A stretch of DNA of 62,509 bases, filler included, from Diploschistes diacapsis (lineage: Eukaryota): NCBI GenBank assembly GCA_023645945.1. It is 22 parts of 22 records of this genome, joined end to end, with 100 filler letters (N's around TTAATTAATTAA, not from the genome) between each part and the next. Parts side by side here need not be neighbours in the genome. Positions count along the whole stretch, not along the records: positions 51,489 to 53,244 come from JALAIB010002658.1; positions 53,345 to 55,099 come from JALAIB010002659.1; positions 55,200 to 56,952 come from JALAIB010002660.1; positions 57,053 to 58,805 come from JALAIB010002661.1; positions 58,906 to 60,658 come from JALAIB010002662.1; positions 60,759 to 62,509 come from JALAIB010002663.1; 16 more parts are not named here. One strand, given 5' to 3'. The stretch's first letter is position 1, and each line of letters starts with the position of its first letter. Below the pieces are notes generated by a model. That model saw only the letters and a program-made list of their open reading frames with translations. It did not search any database and was not told the DNA's origin. Below are positions 52,325 through 62,509 of the stretch, one piece after another. The position numbers and the translations under genes were made by a program.

Positions 52325-52490
52325 TGGCCTCGCCATCTTCGCCGGTTTCGCCAGTTTCGCCGTGTTTCGCCAAACCTGCTGGCGAAAGTTGGCGAGTCGC
52401 TTGAACGCATTATCTGTCGCCCACCTCGCCGGTTTCGCCAGTTTCGCCAACTTCGCGGATTTTCGTGGTGTTTCGCCGCCAAAAACTTTT
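52325..52490. repeat. TTCGCC repeat cluster, probably the subterminal array of another TIR element
   Basis: About ten (T)TCGCC/GGCGA motifs in a GC-rich island. Confidence 0.5.
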
Positions 52491-53344
52491 CGTGATGAAA
52501 GAAAAAGAAAATAGATTCGATTTAGATCGATTAGATTCTAATTACGACGAACAGGTTGTATTTAAAAAACCATAGAATGTTAGCTGTAGTGATTTGAGGT
52601 GGCCGAGCTTTGGGGGTGGCCGAGCTGATCGGGAAACACGTTATAGTAAAAATAAATCCAAATCGAGTCGATTCGTGGTTAATAGAGGACTAAAAGATAG
52701 AAATAATAAAATTTAATACGTCGAAAGGAGTTTATTAAACACGGTTATAAGATTATTAGACTATAATTTAATATTTATAAAATTTATTTAAACGTTTCGA
52801 CACGTAATAGCTCGATTCCGAATTATTAAAAATAATTCGACTTATTCCGAGCGTGCTATACGCAATCTATTTAGTCGAGTAATATAATCCGTCTCTTGCG
52901 CTAACGCGCTATTCGACAGCGAAAACACTGCGACATCGAATGATTAAAAAAACGAGAATTATGCGATAATAATATCATCAAATCGATTCGATTAGACATG
53001 CAAAAGCGAATAATGTTAACGCAAAACCTAACTCGTCTATATTATAACGTGTTTGACGGGGAAGTGGGCCACCCCTAGAAGTGGGCCACCTGAAATCACT
53101 ACTGCCAACATTCTACGGTTTTTAGATATAATTTATTCGTCGTAATCAAAATCTAATCGATCTAAATCGAATCTATTTTTTTCTTCTTTATCTTCTTCGA
53201 TTTCAAAAACGCGACGACGTTTTTTACGCGTTATAAATCGTTTCNNNNNNNNNNNNNNNNNNNNNNNNNNNNNNNNNNNNNNNNNNNNTTAATTAATTAA
53301 NNNNNNNNNNNNNNNNNNNNNNNNNNNNNNNNNNNNNNNNNNNN

Positions 53345-53889
53345 ATGAATAATTCGTAATTAATAATTAATCGATGAATAATATAAAGGATAATCCTCTG
53401 TAATAGAAATAAAGGTAGTCGAATAGGTTCAGCGAGTTTAGCTGAACTTCGATTGTTATCGAAAAAAAAAAAAGTTCTTATTTAAACTTATCTTTTAAAT
53501 CAGCCTACCCTAAGGTCTTATGATTCAGATCCTAGGCTTTTAGATCTCTTCGATTTAACCTGCGTTAGATAACGTAATCGGTGCCCGCGTTCGTAACCGT
53601 AACAACTGCCGGGAAACATAATTTCAATAAACGATTAAGCGTAGTAAAGCAGGTGCTAACCCGGGCTCATAACCTGTTTAGTAACGTAATGGATGTATTG
53701 AAGTCTAAAGGTCTATCTAGGAAATTATCCTACTTTGCAGACTTTTATCCTTATGAGATACGCTAAGCCCTACTACCTACACTATTCCTAAACCGGTCTA
53801 GTTGGGATTCCAGGAGGTTCAGCTGAACTGAACCTCCCTCTGGAACTTAGTTAGACTCCCAGCCATGCCTTCTGCCTGTCTGCTCAACA
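53345..53889 (-). mobile_element. Copia 5' LTR (53675-53889), PBS GGTTATGAGCCC (53674-53663) and leader/gag relic
   Basis: PBS directly follows the terminal CA and matches the half-tRNAiMet PBS of copia/Ty5-type elements. Confidence 0.85.
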
Positions 53890-54082
53890 AAGTAAATAAA
53901 TAAATAAATAGAATTATCGTTCTTTCTTTTTATTTACGATTGGATAGAATAGTTTTTTAAATTTTTTTACTCGTCACGTGACCCTTGTCACCCTGATTAG
54001 ACTATATATAAGGAGTGGTTGGGAAGTGCCCGACTAGCTGTTGCGTGCCAAGTACTACCGCCTAGTACCTTGGATCGTAACA

Positions 54083-55099
54083 CCTACGTCTACGATAAAG
54101 CGTTAGTTTGATGCTCGCACGGTCGGATATTTCGATCTAGACCAGAATGCCCCCGCCGTCGAAGTCAAAAATAAGTATAATATGTATCACGATCCCTACG
54201 TCTTCGCCGAAAGATTTCGAGCAAAGCTGGCTATAGAAACTAACGAATTCCTAATATAGAATCTAGATACTTATCTGCTGAAAATAGCGAATCGATGATA
54301 CACCGAAGAGATCAATAAGGTTATAAGAATCGGATTTCGCGTTAACGATATTGAGATATAATACGATAGTCTAATTACTCGCTTCAAATAAAGTTTAAAT
54401 AAAGCTTTATTTAATCTTAAGTTTCTACGATTTAGGATTCACGATATACGTATTAATAAAAATCTTTTAAAATTTCTATTAAATTTCAAGTATTTAACGA
54501 TATATATCGATATCTTTTATAACGAAAAAACATAAGTATTAATAGCCTTTTAATATTTAAATATATAATTACGTCGGGATATTAAATTGTTAAGAAATAA
54601 TAACGTTAATTAATTTAATCTTATAAATCTAATCCGTGAAACGAAAGACATTTAAATAAAAACTTAAAAACTATAATCGAGATTAAATCGCGATTAATAA
54701 CAACCTTCTCACTGTTAGTCAATATAACCATAAAGTTTATAAAATAGACCATATCGACCGCTACAATCGCTCAACTTAGGTTAATATAATAGATCGAATC
54801 AGCGAGTTTTATACTCTCCTTAATCATCTTCTTCTTCTTCCTCTTATAGTTCATATTATGACAGAAGTGTTGTTAGAAATACTGGATACGGTTACCGTCC
54901 TTCGATTCTTTTTCGTCTTTTTCCTTCTTAGTCTTATTCTTTTTACTATAATGTATTAAGTTCCAATTCTTTTTAGAACTTTTAGAATAGAGTTAACCAG
55001 AGTTCGATATCGTAATTATTAATTATATAGGTATCCGTAAAGACCTTACTCGATGAACGATAATAGTTTAGTATAACCGTTTTAAACGTCGTATAGTTT
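54083..55099 (+). mobile_element. Gypsy gag relic
   Basis: TVGYFDLD...YHDPYVFAERF...NLDTYLLKIANR*YTEE resembles fungal Gypsy gag. Confidence 0.6.
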
Positions 55100-56347
55100 N
55101 NNNNNNNNNNNNNNNNNNNNNNNNNNNNNNNNNNNNNNNNNNNTTAATTAATTAANNNNNNNNNNNNNNNNNNNNNNNNNNNNNNNNNNNNNNNNNNNNA
55201 ATCGATAATTTTACGTTAAATAAACGAGTCAATTAATTTTCGACTGCGAACTTCTTACTGATAAAATTACATTATATCCCCGTGTCGAGGTCAAGCTTGA
55301 TAATTATAAGCTTATAACCATCGAGTAATCCTGTTGTTTCAACGATAAATCCTATTTTTAACGAAATCGAATCGACCTCTTCGAACCTTAATATCGACCT
55401 CGATAATTTTTTAAATCTCTTATTATTCCTACGTTAATAATTAACGTAATATTTAAATTGTTATTCTGAAAGTATTTATTCGCGTAATGTTCCTTCTTAT
55501 GACACGTATAGTAAGATATACCTGCGAGGTCATTATACGTGTTAAGATCTTGTTCGGAACTTATGTTTCGATCGCGATAACTTCTTTTTCGTGAACGATA
55601 AAAAAAATCTTTTTAATCTTAAGCGTCGCGTATTTCCTCGATTTCTGCTAAAAGAGTCATTTTTTATTATGATCTCTATCTCTACAACGTAGACACGAGG
55701 TATTGATCAAGATGAGTTTGATCTCTAATAGAAAAGAAGTATGGAAGGAAAAGAAATAGATCGATAATAAATCTATTCTAATCTCTAGAAAGATTACTAT
55801 CTAATAATAGAAATAAACGAATATAAATTGATTTCGAACAATCGCTAAAAATATTTATAAAAATAAACACACCCCGATTCATAAAAACCATAACGCGGTC
55901 CTATATAACTACCTACTTCTTAACGAAATAAATCAATAAATAAATAAAACTACCGTTCTCCCGTTCTACCTACAGAGAGTAAAATAACCTCCAAAACTTT
56001 CTACTCGTCACGTGACCAGCGTCACCATAATTAAGCTATATACAAGGAATGGTTGGGTTAGGCCCGATCAGCTATGAAGTGCCAAGTGGCTACCACCTAG
56101 TCACTTGGATCGTAACATATTTCTTACGCTTTTATTTTTTTACTGCGGTGTTCGGTGGATTCACGGTAATATTTCGATAAATTTACTATAATATAATATC
56201 CGTGGTAATATCGTGTTTTAAAAATTATGACGGTAATGTCCGTAGAAATATCCGTGTTTTAAAAATTTTAACCGTAATGTCCGTGTCCGTGTTCTTACTG
56301 TAGTGTAGTGTCCGTGGGAGTGTCCGTGGCACGAAACGGCCAGCCTA

Positions 56348-56952
56348 ATCTTAACATACATGTTCTAAATAAAGAAAACCATGCTCCCGAGACGCGAGAA
56401 GTAATTACGAAAGAATCGAATTCTATTAAAGTATTTAACCCGATTAATGAAACCGTTCTCGCGAACGATACCTTAACGATAATTAAAAAACTAAAAGATA
56501 TGAATCGACGTAACCTAATATTTAACGAAATCAGAATTAAATTAAAAGAAAATAAAATCACGGGATCTTTTTACGGTTATCGGTTGAATATTTATAGAAC
56601 GAACGGGACTTTATTATAAATTAACGATAAACTCGTTATCCCGAATAATTAAATTATTTATATCATCTAATTAATTTATTGCGATAGAAAGATAAAATAC
56701 GCGAAAATCGATAAAACCCTCCGAGTAATTAAAAGGAATTTTAAATTTTTTTAAATAAAAGTTATTATCGCCCGATTTATTAAGAATTGCTATAACTACC
56801 GCCGAGTAAAACTAATTATCCAAGCTCTTTAAGAATTCTAAAAACCATTACCCATCCTTGACAAACCGTGGACAAATATTTCGGTAAATTTCGTAACCGA
56901 ATTACCCGAAAATTCGAAATAGAATAATATTATTATAATAATAATCTACCGC
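56348..56952 (+). mobile_element. Gypsy integrase zinc-binding region and core start, relic
   Basis: KLVIP...FIKNCYNYRRVK...KPLPILDKPWTNISVNFVTELP. Confidence 0.85.
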
Positions 56953-57954
56953 NNNNNNNNNNNNNNNNNNNNNNNNNNNNNNNNNNNNNNNNNNNNTTAA
57001 TTAATTAANNNNNNNNNNNNNNNNNNNNNNNNNNNNNNNNNNNNNNNNNNNNAATAAATTAATAAATAGATAGAATTACCGTTCTTTCGTTTTATCTATA
57101 AAGGGTAAAATAACCTTTAAGGCTTTTTACTTATCACGTGACCAGCGTTATCATAATTAGATTATATATAAAGAATGATTAGGTTAAGTCCGATCAGCTA
57201 TGAAGTGCCAAATAAACTATTATTTAGTTACTTAGATCGTAATATTATCCCTTTCCTTCAACCTTGTCGGCCCGACAAACACCGAAAAATAAATATAAAT
57301 ATTAAATAAAAGAGAATCCTAAATCGTGAAACAGCGATGTCTTCTTCTTCTTCGAAACAAAAGAAACGTGAGACAGTGTTATGATCTCTATCTCTACAAT
57401 GTAGACACGAGGTATTGATCAAGGTGGGTTTGGTCTCGTTTAGAAGAGGAATGCAAACAAGAAAAGAAGTAGATCGGTAATAAGTCTGTTTTAATTTCTA
57501 GAAAGAAGGTTTTAATGAAAGAAGTAACGAATATAAATTGATCTCGAGTAATAACTAGAAATGTTTATAAAAATGAATATATTAAGATTTATAAAAGTTA
57601 TAACGACGTTCTTATATAATTAACTATTCCTTAATGAAGTAGATTAGTAAATAAATAAAATTATTATTCTCTCGTTCTATTTATAGAAGGTAAAATAGCC
57701 TTTAAGGTTTTTTATTTATCACGTGACCGGCGTTATCATAATTGGATTATATATAAGGAGTGGTTGGATTAGGCCCGATCAGTTATGAAGTATTAAATGG
57801 CTATTATTTAGTTACTTGGATCGTAATATTATCTCTTTCCTTCAACCTTGTCGGCCCGACAAGCGCCGAAGGGTAAATATAAGTATTAAATAAAAGAAAG
57901 TTCTAAGTCGTGAAACAGCGATGTCTTTTTTATCTTCGAAATAAAAGAAACGCT

Positions 57955-58805
57955 TGATGAGACAGATCAGCCCAGGCGTGCCAAGCCACCGGGGTCACAT
58001 GACGGCAGGGTCACATGACGGGTACCAACCTTGCCAAGGATGTTAGGGGGTGGCTGTGTAGGCGGGTAGAACCCGAACCCCGTAAGGCTGGCATCCACAC
58101 ACTATTTATTCCTGCCACCCTCCCACTTAGATAATTTCCTCTCTAGCTTTTCGAATCGAGACCTTTTATTTACAGATGCCCAGCTACACGTAATCCTTCC
58201 GGATCAGGCCCAGCCCCCGATAGTATAGTATTCCATTCCTGCGCTGGCGTTTCACATTCGAAAAGCTCACTTTACCTTTACACTCGTGACGAGAGTTTAA
58301 AACGTCAACCGAATTAAATATTCGAGTGAATTCACGATAACCGGAATTCGAAAATATTACCCGCCGATTTATTATAAATAATGACCCCCGCTGATAAAAA
58401 AGATCAAAAAAAAAGAAAAGAATCGATAATACTTCCGTCTTTTAAAAAATCAACCGAGATACTATCGATTAAAAAATATGATTCAATAAATAAATCGTTA
58501 ATTAAAGAATAATTTATAAAATATTTCGCGTTATAATAGTTATTAACGTTAGAAATTTTCGAAGAATTTAATGTTAGCGAGGAACTAGTACCGGGAAGAT
58601 TTAAGAAAGATCCTTACGACGAACCTGAACGGAAAAGATTCTCGTTTAAAAATTTAATGAAAGAACGTGTTAATTAAAAGATAATAATTAAGAACGTAAT
58701 AAAGTTATAAATATTAGAACGAGTAAAAGAAATCTATTATCGAATCGAAGAAAAATTAATAAAACTTATTGAATTAGTACGTACCTACGTGAAAACGGTC
58801 GAAGA
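57955..58805 (+). mobile_element. Gypsy 5' LTR (family 4, 57955-58256), self-priming PBS and probable gag start
   Basis: LTR ends TTTCACA; next 11 nt TTCGAAAAGCT are the reverse complement of 58145-58155. Confidence 0.75.
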
Positions 58806-60758
58806 NNNNNNNNNNNNNNNNNNNNNNNNNNNNNNNNNNNNNNNNNNNNTTAATTAATTAANNNNNNNNNNNNNNNNNNNNNNNNNNNNNNNNNNNNNNN
58901 NNNNNTTCGTGCCACGGACACTTCCACGGACACTACCGAGAAAATTTTTAAAACACGATACTGCCACAGACATTACCGCTAAAATTTTAAAACACGGACA
59001 CTTCCACGGATATTATATTATAATAAAAACACGGACACGGATATTACGATTAAAAATTTTAAAACACGGATATTTCTATGAATATTATATTATAATAAAA
59101 ACACGAACACGGATATTACGGCTGAAAATTTTAAAACACGGATACTGACACGGCCGTGGCAGTATCCGTGACGGCCAGCCTATTTTTTTGATCGTAAAAC
59201 GGTATCGTTTGAGAATTTTTAACCAGCGAAACTATTTTAGGTTAAATTTTTTTATCGTTATTTCCGAAATCGTCGCTTCTAACTTCCGTTATATCCGCCA
59301 TCGAGACATCGGTTTCATTTAATAACGTTATTACTTTAAATTAGGCTGGCCGTCACGGACACTGACACGGCTGTGTCCGTGGCACGGACACGGCCGTGGC
59401 AGTATCCGTGTTTTAAAATTTTTAGCCGTAGTGTCCGTGTCCGTGCTTTTACTGCAGTATAGTGTCCGTGGAAGTGTCCGTATTTTAAAATTTTTAATCG
59501 TAATGTCCGTGTCCGTGCTTTTATTATAGTATAATGTCCGTGGAAGTATCCGTGTTTTAAAATTTTTAATCGTAATATCCGTGTTAGTAGATTTACTGCC
59601 GTGTCCGTGCATTTACCGAAATACTTTTAATATTTAAACGCTTCTATAATGGCTAATAAAATATAATAGGCTGGCCGTTGCGTGCCACGGTCACTGACAC
59701 GGACACTACCGCGAAAATTTTCTCGGCACTGACACTTCCACGGACACTGCACTGCAGTAAAAGCACGGACACGGACATTACGGCTAAAAAATTTAAAACA
59801 CGGATACTTCCACGGACATTATACTACAGTAAAAGTACGGACACGGATATTACGATTAAAAATTTTAAAACACGGATACTTCCACGGATATTATATTATA
59901 ATAAAAACACGGATACGGACATTACGACTAAAAAATTTAAAACACGAACACTTTCACGGATATTATATTATATAAATTTATCGAAATATTATCGTGAATT
60001 TATCGAAACACCGCGATAAAAAAAATAAAAACGTAATAACGTGTTTGACGGTGAGTCCGGCCACCCCCAGAGTCCGGCCACCTCAAATCACTACCGCCAA
60101 CATTCTACGGTTTTTAAATATAACCTGTTCGTCGTAATCAGAATCTAATCGATCTAAATCGAATCTATTTTTTTCCTCTTTATCCTTCTCGATTTCAGAA
60201 ATGCGACGACGTTTTTTACGCGTTATAAGTCGTTTCGAAATTGTTCGACTCGATTTAACCCGAACTGTTATTTTAAAAATTTCGTCTATATTAAATATAA
60301 AACGATCTTTTAATTCGATTCGTTTATTTAATTTACGTTTTTTACGATTATTAAGAAGCGTTTTTTGCTCTCGGTTTTCTTTACGAAACGTTATAAATTC
60401 AGTATGCGTCGATTTAAACATACGGGTTACTCGACTCGAATAACGTCGAATCGGATTAACTAGTTTTAAAACGGCTCGTAACGCCTGATTAAATTCTTTA
60501 TTAGCCTTTCGCAGTTCGGTCGTATTTGGTAGAGAGCTATATAACAAGAATAAATTTAAATCGAATTGATTCGAGGTTAAAAGAAGGCTATAAAATGGAG
60601 GTAAAAGGGTCCGATAAATCGAATAAAGCTTATTAAACACGGTTATAAGATTAATAAANNNNNNNNNNNNNNNNNNNNNNNNNNNNNNNNNNNNNNNNNN
60701 NNTTAATTAATTAANNNNNNNNNNNNNNNNNNNNNNNNNNNNNNNNNNNNNNNNNNNN

Positions 60759-60900
<142 letters not shown>

Positions 60901-62509
60901 AGAATTACCGTTCTCTACTTCTACCTGTTAATAAATAAATAGGCCTTTAAGGCCTTCTACTCGTCACGTAATCAATGTCACCATAATTGGTCTATATATA
61001 AGAAATGGCTGGGACGTGTCAAGTCTAGTACTTAAATCGTAATACTATCCCTTTCCTTCAGCCTTATCGACCCGACAAGTTCCGAAGGATAAACATAAAT
61101 ACTAAACGAAAGAGAATCCCAAATCGTAAGACAACGATATCTTCTTTATCTTTTAAATAAAAGAAACGCCTTAACTTTATCATTCGTCTTCGAGGCTTTT
61201 TAGACATATTACCTTATTCCCATTATTTATTTTCTCACGACTGTATCAGAATACCTTCAGTATCTATTAAATATACTCGCTGTACTGAATCGGGTCGGAA
61301 AAACTGCGTATCTATTACTTAAGAAATAATTAAACGAACCATCCTCTCAAAAAAAACGAGATTAAAAAAATAAAAAGCTTATTAACGAGAATAATAAATA
61401 AGAGAAAGAACTAAAAAAACAATTCGGTGAAATTAAAGATGGTCGTCTTCAACGTAAACGCCGCATCCGTCGCAACCGAAAGATCCTAAAACTAATAAAA
61501 AGTCGTGCCGATACGCAAGCACGTTATTTAATAAAGAAGTTAGACCTAAAATCGTCCGAAACATACACCAACGCCTAAAAAAATTTACTAACGGAGTTTA
61601 ATCCGGAATTATTTAAACTAACCGCGATGTCGCCGGCTCGGTTAAACAAGGAGCTAAAAGATAATATAATTATCGAAACAATTCATTTAAATACGTTCCC
61701 TTCTTCTATACTAAATAGGCATATATGTTTTAAACTCTTCATCCTCAATCCCAATTATCCTTAATAATGGGTCCGTTTATCATATAAAACTTGGCTAATT
61801 TACTCCTACAATACCTTAAGTTTTCTTTAAATTCCCAAGTTATGTCTAATTCTAAGTAACCTTTCCATTTAACTAAATACTTATTATCCTTATAGTGTAC
61901 GATTACTTCGATTTCGTATTTTATATCTTAATCTAATTCAAAATGGAAGATTATTTAAAGCGGAATATCTAGATATACGGGCTCGAGCTTAAATATAACT
62001 TATAAAAGATTAATATCTTGAGCTTTACATCTAGCGGTAAGATAAATCGATAAAAGATTCTTAATTATCCGTTTATAATATTCGATTGTTTATCAACGAA
62101 AAAAGGTCTGACTTTCTTATTATCGAGCTTTTTAGAGGGTCTTAATAAGCGAAAATTATCCGCGAGTAAATAGACCTTATCCCCTTCCTTCAACTAAAGA
62201 TCCTTCTTGAACTATGTTTGTCTTATCTTTTTTTAATGTCTTTTCTTAAGTCGTAATGCTGTTTCTAATAATAAATCCGTGTTTCTGACATTCTTTCTTT
62301 AATGATGGCGACCTCTCAGTGCCCATTTAATTACTGGCAACAGTTCTACCTACTTGTCCATCTCGTAGTTAACGTAATGACGTAGTATTTATTTTAATGT
62401 TTAATTTATTCTTTCTGTTTGTCCGTTTATCTGCGGATGAAAAGCTATTAAATGCTTTAGCTTTATTCCGAAGACTTTTATTATTATCTTTCAATAATTA
62501 GATATAAAT

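Noticed and set aside
58909..60019. Repetitive KNFKTR/TDTD ORFs (also 5961-6544) as repeat proteins or a CRISPR array
   Set aside because: By-products of a 66-bp non-coding array inside a TIR element; no unique spacers and no cas genes.
60083..60640. 185-aa ORF as an active gene
   Set aside because: RIP-mutated C-terminal relic of a Pogo transposase; the remainder is cut off by the contig end.

Overview
Fungal (filamentous ascomycete) DNA made of 22 unrelated contigs joined by an artificial 100-nt linker (44 N + TTAATTAATTAA + 44 N). Twenty-one contigs are about 1.75-1.77 kb and shrink steadily along the window; one gene-dense contig spans 13062-36499. Adjacency across linkers has no biological meaning. 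The large contig carries intron-containing housekeeping genes: a BRCT protein, a small membrane protein, a DUF3020 protein, SWP1, an ERG26-like 3-beta-HSD, a CSA/Rad28-like WD40 protein, ATG5, a DUF1640/CCDC90 protein, PMM/SEC53 and clathrin heavy chain. Small GC-rich contigs hold an AcpS-type PPTase, the end of a peroxisomal enoyl-CoA hydratase and a truncated Kex2/Ste13-type repeat peptide precursor. Most other contigs are nested, RIP-degraded transposons (Ty3/Gypsy chromoviruses, Ty1/Copia, Pogo/Fot1, a hAT-like repeat-array element, a TRIM). Best leads: (1) a RIP-masked antisense Zn2Cys6-like/coiled-coil gene downstream of the chromodomain in two chromovirus families; (2) a precursor predicted to release Gly/RGG-rich peptides; (3) Pogo copies with near-identical 3' ends but concertedly switched TIR motifs; (4) a complete 1.1-kb TRIM; (5) a Tf1-like self-priming LTR element. 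All calls were read by eye; no database searches were run.
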